Shown in pieces: positions 56,320-64,000 of a DNA stretch of 64,000 nucleotides. The stretch is taken from NCBI GenBank assembly GCA_945863035.1, contig CAMAZH010000005.1, forward strand, positions 6,655 to 70,654, given 5' to 3'. Below the pieces are notes generated by a model. The model did no database searches. It saw only the letters and a program-made list of their open reading frames with translations, and had not been told where the DNA came from. Both the position numbers and the translations under genes were made by a program. Each line of letters starts with the position of its first letter. Positions within the stretch are counted from its first letter, which is position 1. This stretch comes from Chitinophaga pinensis. GTDB taxonomy: Bacteria; Bacteroidota; Bacteroidia; Bacteroidales; GCA-2748055.

Positions 56320-57644
56320 GATATTCCAAATGTAAATGATTGATAATTAATTTCTCTGCTGTTAGTGCTGCCAAAAACATCCTCCACAGGCACGAACATC
56401 GATTCAGACTTGTAAAGACGGGCACCGGCAAAAAGTGACGCGCCCGATTTATACAAGGGTATGATAAGGCTGATCGATCTGATGTTTTTATTAAGTTCCA
56501 GACTGTTGTAGGTAAGTTCGGAAAAAGGATCGTAGAGATTCGAGAACTCCCCAAATGTTGAATATCCCTCTAACCATAAATGCTTAGCAATCTTAAAACC
56601 AAGAGTATAGGAATGCATAAACTGCTGAATTGCCGCATCTCTCTGCTTCTGACCGTGAAGGTACCCGTTTGCTGTAAGATACAGATTCAAATTGCCCAGA
56701 GGTAATATCGTCAGGGAGGCAGCGGCAGTATTCTGTTTACTCAGATTCAGGTTGGAAAGTGAACCTGCTAATGAAAGGGTAACAATGCCCAGGTTTTTCT
56801 CCAATTTTATCCCTGTCACCAATTCACTGTGACTATCGTACGAGTATACGCTTCTCTTGTTCCCGCTTCCGGCACCATACTCATAAAAGATCGGGACCCT
56901 GTAATTTATATAGGAGAATAGCGGGGATAACGTCAGTCCTTCAACCGGCGTTACATCAGCGCTAAGATGATAACTGAATTGCCTTATTTTCTGGGACTCG
57001 GAAATATAAGGGGTTGAATTCACCACCGCAAAAGCATATTCATCCTTGTTGAGCAAGTTAGCCGAATGGTGAACAATTATACTTCGTTGAATTCCGTGGC
57101 TGATTTCGAAATTAAAATTCATAAAACTATTGGGCAAAATCTGGCTACCGTCAATATCTTGGGGGGCAGTTTGGCTAACATCATCTTTAAGGGATGGATC
57201 GGCTCCTGTTCCAAAAGTCGAATTTATGCCTATTCCTGTTAATGGCTTTCGATCCTCCTTGCCCAGAAAATTCTTAAGGGCCGGGGTGAACCTCCCGGCC
57301 AATTTTTCCGCATCGGCATCGCGGGCGGTATACCGATAGCAATAGTAAAGATACTCAAGCCCTGTAGGATCATTGTTGCTGAATTCAAGCAGTTTTTTGT
57401 AATGAGGGATAGCCTTTTGATACCTGCCTTTCATGAAATAGGCATAAGCAATCCGAAGGCGCAGATAGTAATAATCAATCCCGTTGTCGATGGCTGTTGT
57501 TCCCACCTCGATAATCCTATCCCAGTCGCTGTCCAGATAAGCCCTGAATGTTGAAGTATCGGCTTCGATAAAGGTCATGGGCTGCTGTCCCGTAAGATTT
57601 TTTAAGGGGATTAGCACCAGCAATATGAGAATGAAAGTCTTCAT
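56307..57644 (-). CDS. Secreted TPR domain + predicted C-terminal beta-barrel protein
   Basis: 445 aa with a signal peptide. The N-terminal ~110 aa are TPR-like (YYYLRLRIAYAYFMKGRYQKAIPHYKKLLEFSNNDP). The rest shows amphipathic beta-strand periodicity rich in Y/S/G/N and ends ...FTFGISWKL. There is a 4-nt ATGA overlap with the upstream gene. Confidence 0.5.
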   Translation of the reverse strand: MKTFILILLVLIPLKNLTGQQPMTFIEADTSTFRAYLDSDWDRIIEVGTTAIDNGIDYYYLRLRIAYAYFMKGRYQKAIPHYKKLLEFSNNDPTGLEYLYYCYRYTARDADAEKLAGRFTPALKNFLGKEDRKPLTGIGINSTFGTGADPSLKDDVSQTAPQDIDGSQILPNSFMNFNFEISHGIQRSIIVHHSANLLNKDEYAFAVVNSTPYISESQKIRQFSYHLSADVTPVEGLTLSPLFSYINYRVPIFYEYGAGSGNKRSVYSYDSHSELVTGIKLEKNLGIVTLSLAGSLSNLNLSKQNTAAASLTILPLGNLNLYLTANGYLHGQKQRDAAIQQFMHSYTLGFKIAKHLWLEGYSTFGEFSNLYDPFSELTYNSLELNKNIRSISLIIPLYKSGASLFAGARLYKSESMFVPVEDVFGSTNSREINYQSFTFGISWKL

Positions 57645-59851
57645 CGTGTAAGGATTACTTTCCTGTTCTTGATTGTTGACTGAATGGACGCGATGCCGGA
57701 CGTGTCAATATCGATAAGGAATTCGAGTTTATCCAACTTTTTGCGGAAAAAATAATTGCTCATTATGGAAACCAGCCTGATTTCTGAAGGAGTAATCGAA
57801 TCGTCAATTTCTTTGCAGGTCAGGGTGAACTCCGATTTGGCAAACACCACAAACGGGCTTATAAAATCATAAAACCACAATATGTGTTTAGGATAGGTCA
57901 GGTAAAGCGGGAATTGATCCGTAATCATCAGATCCTGATAAAATCCCTTTTGCAATTTAAAAAGAGCCTGAAAGAACAGAAAGAGCTGGCTATTCATATT
58001 TCCCTCGAAATAAGTGAAAAAGAAAAGGTTTTTATCGTTCTCGAAAAAGGCTTTAGCTCCGGTCTGTGAACAATGCATGTACGACTGGTTATACTCGTTC
58101 ACTTTCACCTCCCACGAAACCTTTTGGCTTTCCTCTCCCTCGGTGAATGTATACTCCAGCAACTGTCCCGGAATAAAGTTGAAAGCAGAAACCAACATGT
58201 CTGTCACCTCGATATTCGAAACTTTTTGATTAATTTTCGGTTTCGAATGGGTTTGCAACAAGGTTCCTCCCTTCTTATGTTCAATGTAATTGCTCAGGGG
58301 ATAATCGAGTGTTCCCGAGCCAATGTAAGGATACGACTGAATCTGGAAATGCAGGTGGGGGAATGGCGAGCGACCCGAGTTTCCACAGTGGGCAATGATC
58401 TGTCCGAACTTGACCTCATCGCCTTTTTTAACCTTAAGGGTTCCCTTTTTCAGATGGCACAATTTCGAATACACCTCCGTGTCGTGCTTAATGATTATGG
58501 TATTCCCCCAATTATCCTTCAGATTCGACTGTCCGATCACATTGTCGTCGATCCCATCGAAAATCTCTTCAACAACCCCATCCTCCGGAGCGATAACGGG
58601 TTTGTTATAGCAAAAATAATCTTCCGGGAAATCACCCTCGTTTTTAAACTGTTTGTCTTCGTGGTTGGTAATAATAAAATCCCATGCATGCCTGTAAACT
58701 CCCTGATGCGTTATCTCGCCGCTATGCCCTTGTGAAACCTTCCAGGTTCCGTAAAAGGGAAGTTTAAAAGGCGTAAGGAATTTGTGTCTGAAACGCTCTT
58801 TGTTATTGAGGAAAATATAAAGGTTCTTTTCGGGGGAGTTATGTTGGAAATACACTTCCGACATGGTGTAGGAATAGCGCTCCCTGAATTTGAGCGAGTA
58901 CAGAAAAAGCAGCACAACCAGGTTAAAAGGGAGGGAATAGATGGGTAAGCGGAACTGCAAAAAGACGATATTCAGACTTATTGTAAGTACCGCAACAAAA
59001 GGAATCAGCAGGATCATCCACAGGTAAGCATTACGGGAGGGAATGAGAAAGAAGCCTCCCAAAGCAATGGATGAAAGAATATAATTGAACCCAAAAAAAC
59101 TATAATCATAATCGGTGATCTCAGCCCCGATAAGCCCGTAAAAGCCATATGCCAGAAAAAAACCGATGAGCGAAAGCGAAAAAGCGATTCTGGAAAAAAG
59201 CAACAATCCTATGGCCAGCACAAATCCTGTAACAATATTGTACTGGAAGAGAATAGCACTCAAAGAGATCAGATAGGCACGAATCCCACCGGGGATATTC
59301 ATATTCCTGACGAAATCATAGGTGTCGGTAAGGGGTTTCCCTCCCAGGGTATAGAGCTCATTGATGGTATAGATGCCTCTTTCGTTTATTCCCAAGGCGG
59401 TGAAACTTCCGGTGGCCAGCATAAAAGCCCAGAGGGCAAGAATGAATGGAACACTCAGAAACGGCAGACCGTATTTTCCGATAACGCCCTGAAGCGAAAC
59501 CGAGATGAAAAAGGTGAAGAGAGAAGCCAGAATTACAATAAACAACAGATAAAGCGATGGGCTGTAATACACCCCCAGGCCCAGCCCAACAAGCAGGCTG
59601 TTAAACCCCAGCAATCCCTTCTTCAAAACGCCTTTATCGAAACCCAGAATTCTCCCCGTGATTGCCGATGCAAGCACCGAAACCAGACCGAAAGCACCGG
59701 TATAAAAATCAAAAAAAGTAACGAGCATTATCAGCAAAGCAAATCCCCTGTGAGTAGAAAAAAAGATTTGTGAATAACTGTTAACGACGATTTGTAAAAA
59801 GTCACCCGCAACAGCCCTATTGCGAGCGAAAAGAAGCTTTGCTGATTTCAT
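57641..59851 (-). CDS. Fusion protein: urea-transporter (UT/SLC14)-like 10-TM domain + M23 (LytM) metallopeptidase domain + ~230-aa unknown C-terminal domain
   Basis: The track ORF starts at a TTG (59875), and the first ATG is at 59851. The N-terminus VVNSYSQIFFS is followed by about 10 TM helices (UT-like). The M23 motifs are HAWDF (HxxxD), GNTIIIKHD and GRSPFPHLHFQIQ (HxH). Confidence 0.7.
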   Translation of the reverse strand: MKSAKLLFARNRAVAGDFLQIVVNSYSQIFFSTHRGFALLIMLVTFFDFYTGAFGLVSVLASAITGRILGFDKGVLKKGLLGFNSLLVGLGLGVYYSPSLYLLFIVILASLFTFFISVSLQGVIGKYGLPFLSVPFILALWAFMLATGSFTALGINERGIYTINELYTLGGKPLTDTYDFVRNMNIPGGIRAYLISLSAILFQYNIVTGFVLAIGLLLFSRIAFSLSLIGFFLAYGFYGLIGAEITDYDYSFFGFNYILSSIALGGFFLIPSRNAYLWMILLIPFVAVLTISLNIVFLQFRLPIYSLPFNLVVLLFLYSLKFRERYSYTMSEVYFQHNSPEKNLYIFLNNKERFRHKFLTPFKLPFYGTWKVSQGHSGEITHQGVYRHAWDFIITNHEDKQFKNEGDFPEDYFCYNKPVIAPEDGVVEEIFDGIDDNVIGQSNLKDNWGNTIIIKHDTEVYSKLCHLKKGTLKVKKGDEVKFGQIIAHCGNSGRSPFPHLHFQIQSYPYIGSGTLDYPLSNYIEHKKGGTLLQTHSKPKINQKVSNIEVTDMLVSAFNFIPGQLLEYTFTEGEESQKVSWEVKVNEYNQSYMHCSQTGAKAFFENDKNLFFFTYFEGNMNSQLFLFFQALFKLQKGFYQDLMITDQFPLYLTYPKHILWFYDFISPFVVFAKSEFTLTCKEIDDSITPSEIRLVSIMSNYFFRKKLDKLEFLIDIDTSGIASIQSTIKNRKVILTR

Positions 59852-59898
59852 GCTGTTCCTATGCTTATTAACCAACTGATTTTATTTTAAGAACGGGT

Positions 59899-61257
59899 CT
59901 ACAACTTAAAATCCAACAAATACCCGGGAATCCTGTCCATAGAGTTCATCGTTTCGTGCGTCTCGTTTTCCCTGATTACATGGGTATTACCTTGTAAATC
60001 GATCATAACTACTTTTGGCCGGTAGGTGATAAACTGCATCCATTGCGTCATATTGTAAGCCCCTACCCTTTTGATCACAACCTGATCTCCCTTTTCCAGC
60101 ACGGGGAACTGAACCGCAGCTCGTATCACATCAATATTCATACATAAGGGGCCATAAATAGTGGTGTCTTCCGTATCGCGTTGCTTTATCCTGGAAGGTA
60201 CGATATGATGCTCGTACCAAAAAGAAGTAAACAGATTATTTACGCCAATGTCGATGATCAGTGACCTCCGTCCGTCGACCAGGCGTTTATTCGCCAGCAC
60301 CGTTCCCAGAATATAGCCGGCATCGTCGATAAGCGCTCGACCGGTTTCAAGGAAAAGGGTAGGCATGTGTTCGTACTGAATATCGCTGTTATTAAGGGCA
60401 GAGGTGATTGCCTCGGCATAATCGTCAAAGCTCGGACAAGTGTCGCTTCCGGGGAGATATGCTCCCTTGAGGGTATTCTTTGAGGCAAAGCCTCCGCCAA
60501 GGTCGATATATTTGATGTTGTGCTTATATTTCAACTCGATGCGCACAGCCAGGGCAGCGAGTTTTGATGTGGCAACCGAATAGGCCACCGGGGTTGTAAT
60601 GTACGTTCCGATGTGGGTATGCAGGCCCAACAGCTCCATGTTCTCATCGGGCATGATTTTATTTATTGCGCTCCAGGCCTCCCCGTTCTCAAAATTGAAA
60701 CCGAAGCGATCCCACTGGGGATAAATTCCCGTGTCCATATTGATCCTGATGGCCACTTTGGCTACCTTGCCCACCGTCGGGGCAATTGCCATGATATCGT
60801 ACAACTCATCGAAGTGGTCAATATGAATGAGTGTGCCGTTTTCTATGGCAAGCTTTAGATCTTCCCTGGATTTGTCAGGGCCGTTGAAAATAATTTTATT
60901 TCCGGGCACCCCGTTTGCAATGGCCTTTGCGTATTCAAATCCCGAAACAACTTCGGCCCAGGAGCCCTCCTGGTGAAAAACCTTGCATACGGCATTGATA
61001 TAATTCGTTTTGTACGACCAGGCGAACTGCACCTTGGGATAGCGGGTTTTAAAAGCCGAAAGGGCCTCCTTATAGGTCTTCCGAATTGTTTTCTCCGATA
61101 TTACAAATAACGGGGACCCGTATTTTTCCAACAAATCCTGCACAGCAACATCATCGATATGACTGATAGGCTGAATAGATGTGCCCATTCCGAATTTATC
61201 AGGTACGCCGGCACTGATGCGGTTTATAACCGGCCTTTCAAATTTCAATTTTTCCAT
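59899..61257 (-). CDS. Fold-type III PLP-dependent decarboxylase (DapDC/ODC/ADC family)
   Basis: 452 aa. It starts YGSPLFVISE. The PLP-Lys context is FAWSYKTNY, the phosphate-binding Gly loop is IDLGGGFAS, and the active-site Cys region is IYGPLCMNID. Confidence 0.85.
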   Translation of the reverse strand: MEKLKFERPVINRISAGVPDKFGMGTSIQPISHIDDVAVQDLLEKYGSPLFVISEKTIRKTYKEALSAFKTRYPKVQFAWSYKTNYINAVCKVFHQEGSWAEVVSGFEYAKAIANGVPGNKIIFNGPDKSREDLKLAIENGTLIHIDHFDELYDIMAIAPTVGKVAKVAIRINMDTGIYPQWDRFGFNFENGEAWSAINKIMPDENMELLGLHTHIGTYITTPVAYSVATSKLAALAVRIELKYKHNIKYIDLGGGFASKNTLKGAYLPGSDTCPSFDDYAEAITSALNNSDIQYEHMPTLFLETGRALIDDAGYILGTVLANKRLVDGRRSLIIDIGVNNLFTSFWYEHHIVPSRIKQRDTEDTTIYGPLCMNIDVIRAAVQFPVLEKGDQVVIKRVGAYNMTQWMQFITYRPKVVMIDLQGNTHVIRENETHETMNSMDRIPGYLLDFKL

Positions 61258-61267
61258 TATGCTTATT

Positions 61268-62053
61268 TTATCGGATTATAATTTTGTTGGAATGAATAAG
61301 TTGGTTCTGGTCGCTGATTGAATAAATATAGGCACCCGAACCAAGTTGCCCTACGGGGATGGACTGCATTTCGCCCTTTCTGACCGGGATTGATAAAACC
61401 CTGAGTCCATCGACCGTGTAAAGATTGAAATCGCCCTTAAAGTTTTCCGGTACGCTGCTTGTGTTTATCAAAATCTGGTCCTTTGTCGGGTTTGGAAATA
61501 CAATCTGATTTTCAAAACCAATACTCCCAATGAAATCAGACGTGCCACCCAGACTATAAACATTTGTCACAACATCATAGTATAAGCCCAGCAAATTGTA
61601 GGTATAGGTATACGCCAGCAATTTATTTTCATTGCCCACATGTTTGACCTCGGCAAAGGCCCCGCCGGGAAGGCTTAACAGTTGTGTTCCGTTTTCGTTT
61701 ACAACCCCCATGCCGTATTGGTAATAATACCATGTTTCGGTACTTACGTACTTCTCGTAGATATAAAGCAATTCGATCAGATCGTCGGTGTTGAAAATGT
61801 TTTTCGAGACAAATTTTATATCCGAGAGGTAATAGCCCTCCGGCACTGTAAGGTTAATCGTTTTCTGCAAAACATGATAGGTATTATAAATGCGGCATTG
61901 TTTCTGAGGCACGTCCATCAGAAAATACATATACTCTTCGTTGCCTACTTCGCTAACCCCGGCGGAGTATGGGTAAGAATGCTCGATAGTAATCTGGGTC
62001 AGGGCCAGAACTGTATTGAAGAAGAAAACTGCTGAAAATAATAGTGTTCTCAT
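61268..62053 (-). CDS. Hypothetical secreted protein with T9SS C-terminal sorting domain
   Basis: The internal ATG gives the signal peptide MRTLLFSAVFFFNTVLALTQ. The CTD is VFPNPTKDQILINT...GAYIYSISDQ...KIIIR. The N-terminal ~170 aa are Tyr-rich with no recognisable domain. Confidence 0.6.
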   Translation of the reverse strand: MRTLLFSAVFFFNTVLALTQITIEHSYPYSAGVSEVGNEEYMYFLMDVPQKQCRIYNTYHVLQKTINLTVPEGYYLSDIKFVSKNIFNTDDLIELLYIYEKYVSTETWYYYQYGMGVVNENGTQLLSLPGGAFAEVKHVGNENKLLAYTYTYNLLGLYYDVVTNVYSLGGTSDFIGSIGFENQIVFPNPTKDQILINTSSVPENFKGDFNLYTVDGLRVLSIPVRKGEMQSIPVGQLGSGAYIYSISDQNQLIHSNKIIIR

Positions 62054-62057
62054 GGCT

Positions 62058-63116
62058 TTAGTTTTTTTTCTCGATTTCACCAAATATTGAAAGTTGCTCA
62101 AATTCCTGAATATCGCCTAACAAATCCCACGAATACCGAATAAACATTTTTCCAACCTGGTAAGTGGTAAACGGGGCAACCTCAATACCCATTGCAAGTT
62201 TTACCAGGGCTTCGGGAATGTTCTGTCCGGCTCCCACAGCCAGGTAAACCCAGGCGGGAATCCGGGGGTTGATTTCAATCATGTAATAATCGCCCGTGTT
62301 GGTCTTAATCATCTCCAGCTCCATCCCTCCCCTCCATTTGGTTTTTGAAATCAAATCTTTTGTAATGCGTATCATTTCCTGATCGCTGAGGGTTATGCCA
62401 CTCCAGGCTTTGCCTTTATCGGTTATAAACTGCTTCCTCATGGGCACCGCAGCTATAGTATTACCAAGCCCGTCGCCCAAGGCAACCACGTTTACCTCCG
62501 TGCCCTTTATAAACTCCTGGATGATAACCGGCAAGCCCCATTTAGCGCTTATTTTATTGAAATGGCTGGTAACCTGTTCGCTGTTATAAGCTACGTAGGC
62601 GTCATAGAACTTACCCTTAACAAGAAGAGGGTACTCGAATTCTTCATCAAGCTTTTTGATGTCGCTGTAACCGGTTAGAATCTTGCTTTTGGGAACTTTG
62701 ATCCCATATTTCTCACCATACTTTTCGAGGTTTGCTTTGTGTCGTTCCTCGAACTGCTCAAAGGTGGGCAGGAAAGTAGCGATCCCTAAATCCTGTAGTT
62801 TGGACTGTGACTTCATGAAAGTGTAAAGCTCAGCGTCGAGGTTCGGGATAATCAGGTTTATAGGATCTTTTTCGTGTATCTGAACAATGCGCTCCATATA
62901 GGCTTCGGTTCCTGTGGAAGGATAAGGGATCATATAAGTTTTGTCGATCATCCCGGGCATATAAATCCCCGGCTCAAGGTTTTCATAGGCAAGACCTATG
63001 ATGCGGGCATCTATTTCCTTTGATTCCAGTATCCCCCTGATAACAGGAATCCCGGGTCCGGGATTGTCAGTGTTGCTTAAGCCTGTAACCGCGATGGTAA
63101 GTTTCATCTTTTCCAT
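62058..63116 (-). CDS. ATP-grasp family carboxylate-amine/peptide ligase
   Basis: The likely start is the ATG at 63116 (MEKMKLTIAVTG), 1 nt after the PqqD-like stop. The ATP-grasp core is YPLLVKGKFY...VIIQEFIKGTEVNVVAL...GGMELEMIKTNTGDYYMIEINPRIPAW. Confidence 0.8.
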   Translation of the reverse strand: MEKMKLTIAVTGLSNTDNPGPGIPVIRGILESKEIDARIIGLAYENLEPGIYMPGMIDKTYMIPYPSTGTEAYMERIVQIHEKDPINLIIPNLDAELYTFMKSQSKLQDLGIATFLPTFEQFEERHKANLEKYGEKYGIKVPKSKILTGYSDIKKLDEEFEYPLLVKGKFYDAYVAYNSEQVTSHFNKISAKWGLPVIIQEFIKGTEVNVVALGDGLGNTIAAVPMRKQFITDKGKAWSGITLSDQEMIRITKDLISKTKWRGGMELEMIKTNTGDYYMIEINPRIPAWVYLAVGAGQNIPEALVKLAMGIEVAPFTTYQVGKMFIRYSWDLLGDIQEFEQLSIFGEIEKKN

Positions 63117-63117
63117 G

Positions 63118-63372
63118 TTAATCTTCCTCTTTCTCAATTAAATTAAATTGCCTCAGCATCATCAGGAACTCATCAAGATACCTGTGGAAAACATGGTCTT
63201 CGATGTCATAATTTTCAAGTACGGACTTCAAAATATCACTTTGGCTTTTCCCCTCGGCCAGCTGTTTGAAAATGATCTGTCCCGTTTTATTGAGATTAAA
63301 GGATTCTCCTGTATTTGGATCGAAAAGGAAGCCCGTCTCGCTAACGGCTATGTCTTTTTTTATTTTTATCAT
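63118..63372 (-). CDS. PqqD-family small protein (stand-alone RiPP recognition element-like)
   Basis: 84 aa. GFLFDPNTGESFNLNKTGQIIFKQLAEGKSQSDILKSVLENYDIE...DEFLMMLRQFNLI matches the PqqD/RRE winged-helix pattern (beta-strands, then three helices). It is the first gene of the operon. Confidence 0.65.
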   Translation of the reverse strand: MIKIKKDIAVSETGFLFDPNTGESFNLNKTGQIIFKQLAEGKSQSDILKSVLENYDIEDHVFHRYLDEFLMMLRQFNLIEKEED

Positions 63373-63584
63373 AATGCCATGTTTTTAATTTGCAATTATT
63401 CAGAATATTCGGTGTTGGGCGATTTCTCTAAAAACAGTTTTCAATTCTTTTGATGAATGGTAAGGTAAAAGGTTTAATCCAGAATTAAAAAAAAACATAA
63501 AATTCACACAAATCAGCATAAGCCACTAATTATCACAGGGTAAAAATTAATCATTCCCGGCCCTCTTTTCAATTACCAAAGAGC

Positions 63585-63641
63585 GTCTTTATAAAATCTT
63601 TATACTGAAGTCCCAAATAATTACAAAGTCTTTATAAAATC
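63585..63641. promoter_or_regulatory. Two perfect 14-bp direct repeats in the divergent promoter region between the PqqD operon and trkH
   Basis: GTCTTTATAAAATC occurs at ~63585-63598 and again at ~63628-63641. The centre-to-centre spacing is 43 bp, about four helical turns. The region is AT-rich. Any function is speculative. Confidence 0.25.
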
Positions 63642-63737
63642 CATGTTTTATTTGCGCATTCTTTATGGAAGGTTTAATCTCCTTGATACAGTTCATGTGA
63701 TCATGTAATAACCTGCCCTATACCATTAGGCAATTGA

Positions 63738-64000
63738 ATGACAAGTATTATTAATTTCAAGATTGTATTTAAGGTAATCAGTCGCAACCTTTTCATCATC
63801 TCAGTATCTCTGCTGGCTTGTGCTTTGGTGGCAGTTTACTATTCCGAAGAGATCTTTCCCTTTTTAATTTCCTCATTAGTTTCCTTAATTGTTGGCTTAG
63901 GGTTCTACCTGGCAACCAGAGAACAAGTCGAAAACGATAGTCTGCAAAAGAAGGAGGCCTACCTTACGGTTACATTGTCATGGCTGTTTATAAGTCTGGC
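63738..64000 (+). CDS. trkH: TrkH-family potassium uptake protein (N-terminal fragment; runs off the window end)
   Basis: My translation is MTSIINFKIVFKVISRNLFIISVSLLACALVAVYYSEEIFPFLISSLVSLIVGLGFYLATRE...KEAYLTVTLSWLFISL. This resembles the TrkH N-terminus. Confidence 0.7.
   Translation, partial: MTSIINFKIVFKVISRNLFIISVSLLACALVAVYYSEEIFPFLISSLVSLIVGLGFYLATREQVENDSLQKKEAYLTVTLSWLFISL

Noticed and set aside
1-64000. Signs of a mobile element, prophage or genomic island (integrase, transposase, tRNA-flanked boundary, long inverted terminal repeats).
   Set aside because: No such gene or boundary was recognised in any frame. The two unusual arrays are flanked by ordinary housekeeping genes, so I cannot support horizontal acquisition from this window. 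I could not compute GC or codon bias.

Overview
Densely coding chromosomal segment, about 90% coding, that looks Bacteroidota-derived. Supporting signs are an ECF-sigma/FecR/SusC-type cassette, four proteins ending in type-A T9SS C-terminal sorting domains, guaB-PPIase-PPIase-SurA-OstA synteny, and many lipoprotein signal peptides. About 48 protein genes are supported. I found no rRNA, tRNA, CRISPR array, transposase or integrase. Recognisable housekeeping genes are tex, an oligopeptidase B-like S9 peptidase, rlmI, recQ, guaB, recG, an otsA/otsB fusion, MscS, DedA and trkH. They frame two long unidirectional minus-strand arrays made mostly of poorly characterised proteins. (A) 31.7-48.7 kb is a 12-gene array headed by an ECF sigma factor. 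It holds a CpxP-like protein, a NapH-like polyferredoxin, a TonB-dependent receptor, a lipoprotein, a second outer-membrane barrel, two T9SS cargos and a GldAFG-like ABC-2 exporter with a large accessory protein. (B) 55.7-63.4 kb is a 7-gene array. It holds a PqqD-like RRE protein, an ATP-grasp ligase, a T9SS cargo, a fold-type-III PLP decarboxylase, a urea-transporter-like/M23 peptidase fusion, a TPR + beta-barrel protein and a TPR protein. B is my best candidate for an undescribed peptide or amino-acid-derived product pathway with its own export route, and A is the second. Two unusual intergenic repeats are also present: a self-complementary 9-bp tandem array between a sigma gene and its anti-sigma gene, and a 44-45 bp tandem repeat. 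All family names come from reading motifs by eye, and no searches were run. Coordinates of non-ORF features are accurate to about +/-2 nt.
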